Source: Eledone cirrhosa (Eukaryota). From it: a stretch of DNA of 64,000 nt. The position numbers and the translations under genes were made by a program. Below, piece after piece: positions 1 through 15,997 of the stretch (its first letter is position 1; the number at the start of each line of letters is the position of its first letter). Where the stretch lies: NCBI GenBank assembly GCA_964016885.1, contig OZ024743.1, forward strand, positions 365,676,001-365,740,000. Reading direction: 5' to 3'. Under the pieces are notes generated by a model, which saw only the letters and a program-made list of their open reading frames with translations, ran no database searches and was not told where the DNA came from.

Positions 1-199
1 GCTTCTCTCTACAGTCGACTTATGGTGACTAAAGCCCCATCCGGCATTTCAAATAAGAAAATATTCAGTGTATTTTAGGAAAGAAATGGTTAATGATGTT
101 TTCTTCTGCTTTACGGTGACACGAAAATATATTTACTCTTCGATATTTTCTCTCTAAATACGTCTTTCAACATACATGCAAACACGAGTTCATGTTTGA

Positions 200-284
<85 letters not shown>

Positions 285-1176
285 CATGCATACATATATA
301 CACAATATGTGTGTGTGAAGAAGGCAAGAGGGAGAAGGTGATGGGTAACTTAATCTGTTGAACAATCTCACATATCGGTCACAGCACACGCTCATACACA
401 CACAAATACGCACACACCCATATATATACATATATATATATATGTGTGTGTGTGCGTGCGTGTATGTATATATGTATGTGTATCTATGTATGTATGTACG
501 TATAACTATGACAGTTAACTAGACATTTAGAAAGTAGAAAGATATACGTAGAGAAAGTCAAGGTGAAAAGAAAAATGAAAAAATAAAATAAAGGAAAGTA
601 AAGAAGAAGAAGAAGAAGAAGAAGAAGAAGAAGAAGAAGAAGAAGAAGAAGAGAGTGAGATAAAGACAAGGATTCGAGCTCTTGACATGTTTGGAGACGA
701 CGGGACGCCCAGAATGTTAACAAAACCTTTCAGTCCGGCCTACAACTGTTGGCAGAAGGCAATGAATGGTTGGTTAACTGGTTGTCCAACTCGGTCGAGC
801 TGAACAGCTTGATGACGTGTTGTTTGGGTTTGGTTTTATTACATGTGTTTGTATATGCGACTGCTCGTGTATGTGTGTGTGTGTGCGTGTGCGCGCGCGT
901 GTTTGTGTTTGAGTTTGTGTGTGTATGTGTGTGTGTGTGTGTGCTAGTTGTATATCGCAGTTGGTGATTTCCAAATAGAATATCTCACCTTCATTTCAAT
1001 GCTACATGCATGCATACATATATACATACGTACGTACATACATACACATCCATACATACATACATATGTATGTATCCAAGTATTTATGCAAGATACCTAC
1101 CTACCTACATACATACATACATACACACATACATACATACATACATACATACATACATACATACATACATACATAC

Positions 1177-1506
1177 ATGGTGGCTGCCAACTCGTTTTCG
1201 AGTACGGCCACTACTTTATATCCATGTAGGAGAACCCCTACCGATGCGCTGAACGAGTGTGACTTTTTAGTCCAGCCAGCGACTTGAAAACTCTGGTACA
1301 AACACTACACTTGTGACAATTATTGACACATAGTGCTGGACCCATGGTACCATGTGATGACAAGTGCAGAGAGATCTCCAGATATAAAGCAATGCCTGTG
1401 CCGTGAAGCCTTTATAGTGAGCAAAGGCACTGCACAAAGCCAGTCCCACTCTCTTAACCAAGATGATATTTACCAAAAAGAAGAACAAGTCAACATCATT
1501 GGATAC
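1177..1506 (-). mobile_element. Bipartite RTE-derived non-autonomous retroelement, 5'-truncated copy
   Basis: Near-identical to parts of 17543-18151, 20460-21069 and 59718-60121; both ends embedded in (ATAC)n. Confidence 0.75.
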
Positions 1507-1527
1507 ATACATACATACATACATACA

Positions 1528-1558
<31 letters not shown>

Positions 1559-1678
1559 GTATGTATCCAAGTAATTATGCAAGATGAAGGTATGGTTTTT
1601 TTGTGTACATTTTCTGCTAATACAACAATTCGATACACTTAACGCTACACATCGTTTTCTCGACAATTAGGGTATATA

Positions 1679-1724
<46 letters not shown>

Positions 1725-1825
1725 GTGTGCGCGCGTGTGTGTGTAAATATACATAAATACATATATATGTGTGTGTGTATGTGTGTGTGTGTGAGAGAGA
1801 GAGAGATAGCGCGAGTGTGTGTGTA

Positions 1826-1909
<84 letters not shown>

Positions 1910-2039
1910 TGTATGTGTGTGTGTGTGTGAATGTGTGTGTAATGGCTGTATCTCAGTTTCGAGAATTTCCATCCGTTGACCTTTTTCTCATCCAAAGGTG
2001 GCACAAACATAACTTTTTAGCCAAACCAAGGACTTAGAT

Positions 2040-2570
2040 TCCTTTCTGTATATGTTGTAGCGAAAGAAAAAAGAGAAGACTATGCTCATGAAAGTCGTTT
2101 AGATCCAGAGATATCTGGCAACGGTGACAGGTCAACATCAATGGCTGCCATCGTGTCGCAGGTTTTATATCAGAGTTTTTCTACTTCTAGAATGATGTCC
2201 TAACAAGAACTAGGGTTCTTTCACTCCCGTTGGATTAAACGCGTGCAATAGAAACGAGTTGCAACATTAGTGGTGTCAAGCTGTATCGGCCTCTTCCTTT
2301 CTTTTGGACAACAAAAATTGCTGGACAGATTTTCAGGCAAAACCAACCGGCAGGTGACCCGGAGATAGACCATGAGAAAGTAGGTTGTATAACATCCATA
2401 AGTTCGCCTGGTCAAGCTTCGGGATCCAACCGGGTCAATTGGAGACGGTTGCTTCTGACAGGACTCACAAAAAGTGAGGATTAAGGATTTTGATCTGTAT
2501 GTGTAGCCTCCACGTGGTACTTCCGATGTAAGAGGAGCTACATTTTTGGCATGTAATCTTAGAGACCACA
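2040..2570 (-). mobile_element. Degraded RTE-type 5' UTR fragment
   Basis: 2158-2220 (gcaggttttatatcagagtttttctacttctagaat...) resembles 17883-17940 of the RTE-derived element; boundaries approximate. Confidence 0.4.
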
Positions 2571-2579
2571 TATGCGTTC

Positions 2580-3320
2580 ATGCACACTTCTGCATTGTTG
2601 ATATGGGAAATTAGGAAGTGTGTATATATTGCTGTATGTCAGTTGGTGTCTGTGGAGCAGTCTCCTCAATGAGGGTCAGAGGTGTGCCTGCCGTATATTC
2701 AGTCCCTCCCTGCGCATGGCTTGTCTGATGGCAGCTGTCGTCTTCTCATTGAAATGTAGCAGCTTTAGGTAGGAAATGTTATTCTTAGGGGCACGTGTCC
2801 TCTTTGTTCCTTTACGTGGTACTGTCTTGGCATTTCGTGTGAAACGTTCTGGAATTGTACTGTGTTGGTATATCTGTCGCTACCCTCGTTGCATCTGTTG
2901 CGTATCCGGGAGATCTCATTCCGTATATAGGTAATTTTGGCTCTGAATGGAAGGGCTGTGTCGTGGTGCATAAAAATGTCTCTGCAAGTATCCTTCCCAT
3001 AAAATATGGTATATATGAACCCTCAAATTTTATGTGTGCGTCCATATTTTCAAAGATGTTGTAGATCTTGACGGCTTCTCTGCGTGATGAAGTGAGCATA
3101 AGGATATCATCCACGTACCTGGGGAAGAAGGAGCAAGAGTGGCAGATGGTGAGTGTTGGGCGCTCCAAATGCTCCATTTACGCGATGGCCAGCATCGGGA
3201 GTCCTGAGATTTGTTTGTATACGGAGCCCTCAAACTGGAAAAAGGTGTTGCCCATGACGACAGAGAACAGTTTGCGGGATTCTACGTTAAGGTCTTTAAC
3301 ATTATCAATATCCATAAGAA
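2580..3320 (-). pseudogene. Decayed Penelope-like reverse transcriptase fragment
   Basis: Frameshifted ORFs give FFQFEGSVYKQISGLPM and FFPRYVDDILML...HIKFE, typical PLE RT motifs. Confidence 0.75.
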
Positions 3321-3529
3321 GCTGAGTGTTAATGATAATAAAGAACCGGGACGAAATATCAATATATTTATTCACACGTGACGTGCGTTACGTAATTGAT
3401 CAGCTCAAGGTACGATCGTACTCGACTCTGGAATAGACTTGATTCTAGTAACAAAAATAGGCTCTTTCTCCCCATTTCTAAAAGCATAAAACCAGAAAAT
3501 AAAAACACAACACGCACGTGTATGTGATG

Positions 3530-3780
3530 CTCGAGGCCTAGTTGTTAGCGTTTTCGATAAATGACCATGAGTTCAATTCCCATACCGGGTGGTGCGTTGA
3601 GTCCCTAAAAAAGACGCTTTAATTCACGTTGTACCAATAATTCAAGGAGCAAAACTTATCACACAGAATCTCCATGAGATCTACGTTAAAAGTGCACGTA
3701 TCTGTAGAATTCTCAGACACTTACATGTTAAATTCACGAGCAGATAGTTCCGTTGACTGAGTGCTCAAGAGTACTCGTCG
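3530..3780 (+). mobile_element. Degenerate tRNA-type SINE (family B)
   Basis: B-box-like gagttcaattccc followed by ggtgcgttgagtccc...ttcacgttg; similar to 9870-10110 and 60785-60915. Confidence 0.5.
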
Positions 3781-3991
3781 CTGGAAACAAGGGAGGTCAA
3801 ACAAAAAGCATATATATGTAGGTATGTGTGGGAGTGTGTCTGGGTATGATGTGCGTTTTAAGTAACAATATATGAATAAGTTAAACACATATTTCACACA
3901 CACACACACACACTCACACACACACATACATATATATATATGTGTGCGTGTGTATGTGCATGTGTGTGTGTGTGCGTCCGTGTGAGTGTGG

Positions 3992-4044
<53 letters not shown>

Positions 4045-4178
4045 TGTGTGTGTGTGTGTGTGCGTGTGTAGATATGTATAAGAGTGTTTCGTGCCGCAAA
4101 ACATATTGGTTCACACGATTATAATGTTCTATAGTTTCTTTGAATATTTTTGTTGCATTAAAGATGAGAAGAGGTTGT

Positions 4179-4220
<42 letters not shown>

Positions 4221-4223
<3 letters not shown>

Positions 4224-4317
4224 CAAAGAATCGCTGCGTTCACCTTTAACGGGATCTTCGCCCTTAACGGGAGTTTCAGAAGTTCCCGTTAAGGGTGAAA
4301 GCAGCGATTCTTTGCTT
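4221..4317. repeat. Fold-back insertion next to (TA)n, PLE-end-like
   Basis: Arms 4221-4258 and 4280-4317 are near-perfect reverse complements; same family at 49085-49148 and 48590-48640. Confidence 0.85.
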
Positions 4318-4455
4318 AAACTTTAATCTGTTATTTTAATAAATATTTGCTCTAGGGTTCTTATATATTTGATATATATTTATCCTTATCGAGCCTCTTT
4401 AGATCTTAATCTTCACATTTATTATTATTACTATATATATATATATATATGTATA

Positions 4456-5014
<559 letters not shown>

Positions 5015-5020
5015 TATTAT

Positions 5021-5137
<117 letters not shown>

Positions 5138-5582
5138 TGTATATATATATATAAACTATAATAAAGTACGGAGTGCGGGGCTGCGTCCAGAATATATATT
5201 TGTTTATCCCGTTTGTAAAATAAGTTGGATTACTTTGAATAAATAATGAATGAATATTACATAATTTATCTACTAAATTTCGTTATTCTTCATTAAATAT
5301 AAATAATTTTGTTGCTTATTTTAAGATTCACTTCTTTAAAATTTCCAAATGTCAACACTTCCGGTTAGCGATCGCTGAAATAAACATTCATATATTTCCG
5401 TCACTAACTTTCTACTAATGCAGTTTATATATAATATCATCTTTTATAAATTATCATGGATTACGTTACTGATTACATAAGAGAGTGTAACGCAGTCTTC
5501 GTTCAATTTCTGTGTATATTGTCAATTACGATGTTATTTGATGTATCATATCTATGGTATATCAATATTCACACTACACATG

Positions 5583-5618
5583 CTAGCAGAAAACCACCCG
5601 AGGGTGGTTTTCTGCTAG
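5583..5618. repeat. Perfect 17-bp-arm palindrome beside TA run
   Basis: ctagcagaaaaccaccc-ga-gggtggttttctgctag. Confidence 0.9.
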
Positions 5619-5704
5619 TATATATAATATATATATGGGTACAGGGGGTATGTGTTTGTGTGCATTTATGTGTGTGTGTGTATATATATATATATATAGT
5701 GAGA

Positions 5705-5792
<88 letters not shown>

Positions 5793-6338
5793 GAAAGAGA
5801 GAAAGAGGTGATGATTATGATGAGTTCAAACAAAGAGTATTTCGAATGGTGAACTGAATATGAGACGGTTTAGCAATAATACACTTATTCATGAAGAATA
5901 GTAGAGAAAAAAAGAGTTAGATATAAGGAAGGAAAGAGAGAGGGAGGGAGAGAGAGAGGGAGAGAAAGAAAGAGAGTGAGAGTGAGAGTGAGAGAGAGAG
6001 AGAGAGTAGGCAAACTTGGGCATATAATTTATTAGTGAAAACTGATATTGTATGCTCAGTGTTATTAACTTAGTCTTGATTGACGTCACATAAAATTTCA
6101 TTTCTTGTAAGCAATATCCTGCGAGTTATTAGCGATGATTTGATTGACAAGCTATTTAAGTCAGAAACCGAGAAACGACGGTAAAATCCACAGTTACCCC
6201 TTTATTTATTTATTTATATATATATATCTGTGTAGGTGTCTGTATATACGTGTTTCGTTTGTATATATAATATATACATTCATGCACACACACACACATA
6301 CATACATGTATATGTATATATATATGTGTGTAAATATA

Positions 6339-6391
<53 letters not shown>

Positions 6392-6919
6392 GCTATGTTT
6401 TAAATTTTTAATTGGTGCATTCTTCCGAAGAGGAGTAATAGAGTAACAGAATATATACTAATGATATTTTTTTCTGCAGCGTATCTTTGAAATTCGAGCT
6501 TTATAGGATCTAAACCCTCCCTTGGAAATTGTAGAGTAATTTGCCAAAGAAATATAAATAGACTTTATATTATAATCAGCAATGTAGAATCTGTACAGGG
6601 AACATAAAAAATAATAACTAACACACCAGAAACAACGTATAGGCGGGTTTTGAAATCAAACGAAGCAGTATTTGTGCTCTGGAACGGCGCTACCTTAGAA
6701 ATGATAATTGAGGCGTTGTAAGTTGTTGTAAATGGAGGCGCGGTGAAGTAAGTTGATTTAGCTAAAGTTTCGGACAGTGAGTCATTTTTATTGGATGTTT
6801 ATACACTGATTATAATTAGGTTTCAGACATTCGTATATGTTCTATATATTCTATTTATCAAATCACTGAAACATTCAGCTGTACACACGCACATACACAC
6901 ATACACGTGCACACACACG

Positions 6920-6995
<76 letters not shown>

Positions 6996-7021
6996 ATATA
7001 TATATACACACACACACACAC

Positions 7022-7066
<45 letters not shown>

Positions 7067-7087
7067 GAGAGAGAGAGCGAGAGAGAA

Positions 7088-7140
<53 letters not shown>

Positions 7141-9634
7141 AGAGAGAGAGAAAGAGAGAGAGAGAGAATCTGAGGTGATGAGCCCAAGGAGACTACTAAT
7201 CATGTGAGTACTCGATACATGGGGCAATGTAGAGTAAGTGTAGAAATGTGTGTTCGGCAAGCCTTTTCAAGACATGCCGAAACCGCTTGGAGCCGTTCAT
7301 TTTTTTCTTTCCTCTTAACGAACTGAGTAGTTGTCTCATAGATCCTTTATACTCAGCCTATAGGTTAGACTGAAGTTGTATTTCATAGCTTGATATCTAT
7401 ATGTATGTGGAGTCTCTCTATATATCTATGTGCGTAAGTATCTGCATGTGTGTGTCCCTATGAATAAATATATGTATATATGTGTAGGTATGTATGTAGG
7501 TATATGTATGTATATGCCTGCTCGTGACATTAATGTGCATTTCATAAATACGTATACCCTTAACACAGAGATTCAACATGCTAGAGTGTGTGACTAAGCT
7601 GGTCCTTTGAACTACAGGGTCAACTCAGTTTTGCTTTGTGGTCAGGAAATATACTATCTTATTCATGGGCACAACGTGTCTCCTGGAATGGGACTCCCGT
7701 CACTTCAAAACCATATATTATAACATAATTCTTTATATAATTCTCAAATTAATTTAATCGGCAAACCGCATATTCAAAACCAGAAACGAATGGGTGTTGA
7801 TGACTAGACTATTTCAAACATGTTTGGCCATTCTTGCTATCATATTTGTAAATCTTGTATAAAATCATTAACGTTTCTTGCTAACGATGCCAGGCAACAG
7901 ATATTTGAATATTAACCCATAACCTTCCAGGATATTCTTAGGAACAAAAATGACGTTGATTCTTGTCCCATACTCAGAAAAATTCCCAGACTATTAATCT
8001 TTCATTTTATCCAGTCATTATGTTTTTCAGCGTTAGATGCCATGCTTGTTGCAGAAAATGTATCACATTCAAAGGAATCCAAAATGATAAATATTTTATA
8101 TGCACAGTATTGTAAAGTTAAGTCTCAAGGAATTTGAATCGAACCCAGATCAATTCATCTCACATGATTAAATGTTATTAAATAACAAGGGGACCTATAT
8201 GTAGTTGCTCAAAATACCAGGAAAAGCAATCAAATCTGGAGGAAAAAAGGACATAATACATTAGGCAATTTAATAGTACATAACTACGAGAAAGATGAGA
8301 TGACCACAGTTGATGGTCTGTGCCGTCAGTGCTAGCTTGGCGGTAAACAACAATGCTACAATGGACAACAGATGTCACCCACCCAACTACTCTGTCTCTG
8401 TGCGAGTAATCACTCAGTAAAACTAGATAAGTAAAGCTATGTATCTGTTAAAATGCCAACTGTTGCTTTTGTTTTTGTTATTGTTGTAGCTGTCATCATC
8501 GTCGTTGTCTTTGTCGTCACAGTCATCGTTGTCGTCAATGGTGTCGTTGTTGTTTCTGGTTTGTTGTTTGTCCTAGGTCATCCATGATTAAACAGAACTA
8601 CGATTAAAAGCATTCCAGCCATGACTACTCCATAGTGTTTTCATATTTTGTTTTATTTCAGACTTAGTATTATATCCGGTGTCCTTTGTTTGTTAAGACA
8701 GTGCAAATGTAATTCATAGTAGATTTGGTTGTTATTTCTAACAAATCAAGCAGCCGAGAAGAGGGCGCTCTGGTTCACTCGTGTCAACACAGTGGCATCA
8801 TTGGGTATCAGATTCTAGCACTGATAAAATATGTTCTATTACAGTTTAAAGCTTGGTATTATATTTCTTATTTCTACTTTATGTCTTTTCATTGAATGGG
8901 TGATGAAAAGAAAACGAGAAAGAAAACTGTCGCTCCATTAACCAACAGAGACTTGTAAGCTAACAATCACAATAAGAGGTGCGGAAAACAACGAAATATT
9001 AAATTACTGGAGTCTTTCTTTCTTGTCGTGTCCGGAGAGTGGTTGGGAAAGGACTGGCGGAGTCCTCGATGTGATTGTTCATTTTTAATTCCTGCACGTA
9101 ACCAGTTCCGAAAAAGAAAGAGAGATAAAAGTGCAAGAAATTGATCCTACAATCTATCTGGTACTTTATCCATATCAAAAGCATTAAGGGCAAAGTTGGT
9201 CTCAGTGAAAAATGAACTCATAATAAGAAAGAATAACAGCAGAAAATATCAACATTCTGGGGGTTTTCTTCATACGGAGTCCACAGAGAAGTATAGTAAG
9301 GACTAGTAGGACTGTGTTGTGAACATTTTTTATCCCAAAATGTAGCCGGCTCCGTGACATAGAGAAAGGAGGGAGAGGAAGGGTCAGATATCGATCTGAA
9401 AATTTGACTGCCACTTTATTTATCAACGCCCTCGGAGAAATTTAAACTAGGAACGCAGAGATCTGAAACAATACTCTAGCGAAGTTACCCCCTACCTATT
9501 TCTTGAGTAGTTTCAGGCTTCTAAACACTGATCTTGATCGCTGACAAAAGAACATCATAGTTTAGATTTAGGTTAAACTTCATATCGTTCCATATTTGTC
9601 GCTTATTGTTTTTGTATCATTATTTCTGGTTCTA

Positions 9635-9752
9635 GAGAGTTCAAATCCCGCCGAGGTTAACTTTGCCTTTCATCCTTACGGGGTCGATAAAATAAAGTAC
9701 CAGTAATGCACTGGGTAATTGCTGGCCTTGTGCCTAAAGTAGAAACAATTAT
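9635..9752 (+). mobile_element. tRNA-type SINE (family A)
   Basis: B-box gagttcaaatccc, body ggggtcgataaaataaagtaccagt, end ggccttgtgcctaaagtagaaacaattatt; more than 10 copies in window. Confidence 0.8.
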
Positions 9753-9869
9753 TTCTGGCTCTAGATGACATTAAAACTGCTCCAAAAGTCCAAACTTTAT
9801 TTATATCAAGCAAATATAGGAAACGTTCTTTGTAAATATAATGTAGGTTTCTATTATGTAAGTGAAAAC

Positions 9870-10110
9870 ACGGGGTCATGCGGTTAAGGTGAGTTCGAGT
9901 CCCGAGCCGGGTGGTGCATTGTGTCCTTGATATGTTATTACATGTTGCTCCAGTCTACTCAGCTGGGAAAAATGCGTTGCGACGGCACAGGTTCTAAGCG
10001 GTATCAGCCTATGACTTCCCCTTTGACAACATTAGTGGAGCTGAGATGAGAGACTGCTATGCATGGAAGAATGTTGATCTTCCACTAAATACCTTGTGCT
10101 TGTTCAAACC
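9870..10110 (+). mobile_element. tRNA-type SINE (family B)
   Basis: gagttcgagtccc B-box, then ggtggtgcattgtgtccttga...gttgctccagt. Confidence 0.55.
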
Positions 10111-11079
10111 CATGGTCAGTCTGTCATAGGCGTATAGCTCATGACTAGTCATTACTAAAAGAGACCTATCGCTAATTGATCACATATAGTTCTTTTCGGT
10201 AACATCGTCAACACCTCTATAATACAGGGAACATCATCAAAAATTCCATATCATTAGTTAAGTGGGGCTAACACAATAACTTATTGTAGTGAGCACCCCA
10301 TACTCAATACTTAACCAATTAAAATTGTATCTATCCGTCACGAATAAAACAATTCATTAGCCTTAACGACATATAATGTTAAGAATAACGAGGGAGACAA
10401 CTTCTAAATTAAAGTTGATTAAAAATTGATTGAAGATTCTGATCATTTAGAAAGTACAGTGACAACACCGGGCATGCTACGGTCTTATTAAAACTTCTCA
10501 GTGGAACATATTTTAACTCATACTTTCTATATTTTAAGGATGTCAGAAGGAATATATAGAGTTTGAACGACTTCCTGTAAGCTGATATCATATGACAGCT
10601 TGCTCACTGTGAAGAACAAGTTTTAGACATTTAAGAATTGACTTTCGACCAGTCTTTAACACTCTAGTTTTACTTTTAATGTCAGACAACATATAGGGTT
10701 ATAAATCAGCTTCCAACTGGTTTAGGAAGTAGAAAAACTGTCTCGGGGTTTATTATCAGTAGCTACATAGACTATCAATCTAGGGTGTAAGAAAGAACAG
10801 TCATTTCTTTGGACGTCTCGCGGGGTACTCATGATTACTCTTTAAACTTATAGCATACGAACTTGTTGTGGTTGATGTTGTTTTTGTTTAGTACTAAGTC
10901 ATCCATGGGCGTGCAGAACAACAATAAAAGTTGTTCTATCAGTGATAAATCCATCTTTTTTGGTGGAGGGGTGAATACTATGTATTCAGTGTGTCCTACA
11001 TTTTTAAAGAAGATACTGTGAGACTTGAGGGAAAACTAGCTAATAGCTCTAGTAAGCCACCTACCACGTTGTTCTAGTA

Positions 11080-11181
11080 ATAATTGTTTCTACGTTTGGC
11101 ACAAGGCCAGCAATTACCCAGTGCATTACTGGTACTTTATTTTATCGACCCCGTAAGGATGAAAGGCAAAGTTAACCTCGA
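11080..11181 (-). mobile_element. SINE family A, 5'-truncated
   Basis: Reverse complement of 9650-9752. Confidence 0.75.
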
Positions 11182-11353
11182 ATAATGTCATATATAGTTG
11201 AGAGAGAGAAAGTATATCCGAGTGTTAGTGGCCCTAGATATACGTCAATATAATACCAATACTCATCTAATTGTGTTTAGTCTCATTGTGAACACTGGTC
11301 CGCTCACTGGTTTTATTGTTGTTGAACAATTATAATAATACACCAGTGTGTAT

Positions 11354-11434
<81 letters not shown>

Positions 11435-11639
11435 TACTTGGGGAGGGTCATATTTGTGTAATATTGCCAGAATTAATAACAGAACACACTCACTGTTTGG
11501 TTGGTTTTCGCTTCTCGCTGTCTTTTATATCTGCGATCTAACTTAATCGGTCCTCAATGTTGCCATTGACTGACCGACGGTCAAAAATAATACAGATACA
11601 ATATAGACACAAACACATATATATAGTTTACATAATTTA

Positions 11640-11678
11640 CATAAATCTTTCGTTGCACATCTGCAACATCGTCAGTGG
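11640..11678 (-). ncRNA. Hammerhead ribozyme core (mirror copy)
   Basis: Reverse complement of 13657-13695. Confidence 0.6.
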
Positions 11679-13656
11679 TGTTATATTTTTTCCTCCTGTT
11701 GTGTTGTATGTCTACGCCATTTTTTATTCAGTTTGTCTATATATTTATTTATTTATTTGCTTGTTTGTTTATTTTATTTTGTCTTCTTTGTGCATGCGTT
11801 TGCGTGTGTGTATAGTGTTGCGTTTGCTGTGTGACTAGTGTGTATAGTGTTGTGTCTGCTGGGTGACTAGTGTGTGTTTATGTGCTTGTTGTTATTGTGC
11901 TTGTGTATGTATTTATTTATCTTATTTTATTTTATTTTATTTACTTATTTATACTTCTCTTAGGTCAGTGTTGTTTGTTTGGGTGTTGTTGTTGTTCCAC
12001 TCATTCTTTCTGTTTAGCTTTGGTCTTCTAATTTCTATTTCACTGGCCTCTCTGATTTGCCTATCTGCTGGGTCATTCCTATGTTTAGATATTATTCTAA
12101 TTTCTATGTTGTCTATGTTACCGTCATGTTGTTGTCTAGCATGTTCGTATAGTACTGACCCGTTTTTTCGTCCTTTTAGTTCCCCCTAGTGTTGGTCTAT
12201 CCTTTCACCTATGCTACGAGCTGTTTCGCCTATGTATGTTGTTGTCATGTTTCTGAAAGTACCCTCTGTACATCTTATGCTATAGACTACGTTTCTAGTT
12301 TTACAGTTTATCCGGGGGTTCACCTTACATATGATACATTTCCTTTTGGTACAGTGGGTTTTCTTAAAGGGGTAGGTTTTGCTGATCAGGGATTTTATGG
12401 TGGTTCCTGGCTTTTCTACCACCTTTATTTTTAAGTGGGTCTTTCTCAGGGCCTTTCTACACTGGTTAGCTAATTTCCCTCCAGGGGTGGCGTCCACAAA
12501 CATGACACTCTGATATCTCTGTTTGTCGTACCATGATGTGGCCTTCCCTATCTTATGTCTAGCCCTATCTAAGCTATTCCATGATTTGCTCCTGTATAAT
12601 GGGCAAATTCCTTTCATGTCCAGTTCTATGAGGGTCTTATACTTTTCCATGGCTCCTTCGTATACTCTGACTCTGTCTCTTTGGTTGTAGCCAGAGAACT
12701 GCATGCGGTTGATGAAGTGTTGGATGTGTCTTTCCATTTCTGTTGGGTCGCAGAAGAATGTGTCCAGCATGTGCGACCCAACAGAAATGGAAAGACACAT
12801 CCAACACTTCATCAACCGCATGCAGAGTGTCATGTTTGTGGACGCCACCCCTGGAGGGAAATTAGCTAACCAGTGTAGAAAGGCCCTGAGAAAGACCCAC
12901 TTAAAAATAAAGGTGGTAGAAAAGCCAGGAACCCCCATAAAATCCCTGATCAGCAAAACCTACCACTTTAAGAAAACCCACTGTACCAATAGGAAATGTA
13001 TCATATGTAAGGTGAACCCCCGGATAAACTGTAAAACTAGAAATGTAGTCTATAGCATAAGATGTACAGAGGGTACTTGCAGAAACATGACAACAACATA
13101 CATAGGCGAAACAGCTCGTAGCATAGGTGAAAGGATAGACCAACACTAGGGGGAACTAAAAGGACGAAAAAACGGGTCAGTACTATACGAACATGCTAGA
13201 CAACAACATGACGGTAACATAGACAACATAGAAATTAGAATAATATCTAAACATAGGAATGACCCAGCAGATAGGCAAATCAGAGAGGCCAGTGAAATAG
13301 AAATTCGAAGACCAAAGCTAAACAGAAAGAATGAGTGGAACAACAACAACACCCAAACAAACAACACTGACCTAAGAGAAGTATAAATAAGTAAATAAAA
13401 TAAAATAAAATAAGATAAATAAATACATACACAAGCACAATAACAACAAGCACATAAACACACACTAGTCACCCAGCAGACACAACACTATACACACTAG
13501 TCATACAGCAAACGCAACACTATACACACACGCAAACGCATGCGCAAAGAAGACAAAATAAAATAAACAAACAAGCAAATAAATAAATAAATATATAGAC
13601 AGACTGAATAAAAAATGGCGTAGACATACAACACAACAGGAGGAAAAAATATAACA

Positions 13657-13695
13657 CCACTGACGATGTTGCAGATGTGCAACGAAAGATTTATG
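13657..13695 (+). ncRNA. Minimal hammerhead ribozyme core in PLE 3' repeat
   Basis: CTGACGA-t-GTTGCA-gatg-TGCAAC-GAAA; perfect 6-bp helix II, weak helix I. Confidence 0.65.
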
Positions 13696-13947
13696 TAAAT
13701 TATGTAAACTATATATATGTGTTTGTGTCTATATTGTATCTGTATCATTTTTGACCGTCGGTCAGTCAATGGTAACATTGAGGACCGATTAAGTTAGATC
13801 GCAGATATAAAAGACAGCGAGAAGCGAAAACCAACCAAACAGTGAGTGTGTTCTGTTATTAATTCTGGCAATATTACACAAATATGACCCTCCCCAAGTA
13901 TAACAATATTTGTTTCGACACACGATTTCATATAAAAAACCTCGCTA

Positions 13948-14008
<61 letters not shown>

Positions 14009-14039
14009 GTATATATATATATATATATATATATTAAAT

Positions 14040-14690
14040 AAACTATTAAATAAACTTTTTGTTTCTGATATTTTTATTGATATATTGATATCTGTTCTCT
14101 ATTTGTGCTTGAACGATAATCATGTAGAGTAAAGACATGAATAGTATTGTTAAAATTAATGTAGACTCTATATATATTTGTGTGTATGTACACATATATG
14201 TATACTTAAATTTTTATAGCACAATGAGAATGTTTTCGTGTGAAATATGAATTTGCAGAGCTGATCACGTAAATTCACATGGATGTATATAGTATAAAAT
14301 CTGGGATAACCTTCTATTTTATCTCAACTCTAATATAAATCCTAGGAATTTTAAACTAGACATATGATCATTATTTTTCACACATTATTGATACGTGTCT
14401 CATTCATGAATACTGATATTTACATTATAATGCCTGTTTTATACGAATTGATATTTTTTATATTGATGAAACATAGTGTTTTAAATCTGCCTCGTTTTTG
14501 TCTGGATATTTTTCTTTTCTCTCTATGTAACGGCTGTTTTTCTCTCTTAACCACATATATCTCTCTCTACATTAATACTAGAGCTAAATAAATAAATAAA
14601 TAAATAAATATATCATTGATACGTCATTCAACTGGTGCCCAACTACCTAGTTTCTTTCTCTCTATCTCTATCTATATCTATCTCTCTATA

Positions 14691-14731
<41 letters not shown>

Positions 14732-15198
14732 CTTCTCTCTCTCTCTCTCTATCTATCTCCCTCTGTGTTTTTTCCTCTCTCTATATATCTCTCTCTGTTT
14801 CTTTACATGAATTTCTTCTCTCTATCTATCTCTCTATATCTATCTCTCTCTATTTAGTTGCATGCATTTCTTCTTTTTCTTCGTTTTTCTTTCTTTCTTT
14901 TTATAACTGTCCCTAATATTTTTTCACTACCAAATCAACTTTTCAAATAGAAGTCGAAGTTGAAAGGTATGTCGAATCTATCTATTTATAAGACTGTTTA
15001 TATTGTATTTTGTCTGAGGAAGGCATAACATATTTTTAATATGATATCCCTGAAATATATATAATGAAATAAATATGGTTTTATAAATATAGTTTCCATT
15101 TATTTAATATCGTAAATATACTCCAAATACTTGTTGAGTGCTTTTATATCAGTTATAAATATTTACTCGTTGTTAACCCAACAATTTAAATAAAACTT

Positions 15199-15200
<2 letters not shown>
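14040..15200 (+). mobile_element. Non-coding PLE-like 3' segment, diverged copy of the 49346-51896 family
   Basis: Colinear similarity to 50998-51896 including core CTGAGGA...GAAA at 15014-15055; flanked by (TA)n. Confidence 0.7.
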
Positions 15201-15266
<66 letters not shown>

Positions 15267-15286
15267 ATATATATAATATATATATA

Positions 15287-15895
<609 letters not shown>

Positions 15896-15946
15896 ATATA
15901 CACACATATATAGATATATAGATATATTATATATGCAATATATGTC

Positions 15947-15997
<51 letters not shown>

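Larger units (their letters stand above)
11430..13951. mobile_element. Penelope-like element as head-to-head fold-back (minus arm 11430-12752, plus arm 12772-13951)
   Basis: Both arms encode GIY-YIG endonuclease (NCKTRNVVYSIRC...YIGETARSIGERIDQH*...EH...REA..I...PKLN); the minus arm also encodes RT C-terminal sequence; flanked by (TA)n on both sides. Confidence 0.9.

Noticed and set aside
6421-6540. Possible long-helix-II hammerhead (ccgaaga-ggag...ctcc-cttg-gaaa)
   Set aside because: Core variant, helix II not adjacent to GAAA, and helix I too weak
12186-13149. 256-aa and 148-aa ORFs as real proteins
   Set aside because: Chimeric read-through across the palindrome centre; N-termini are antisense sequence
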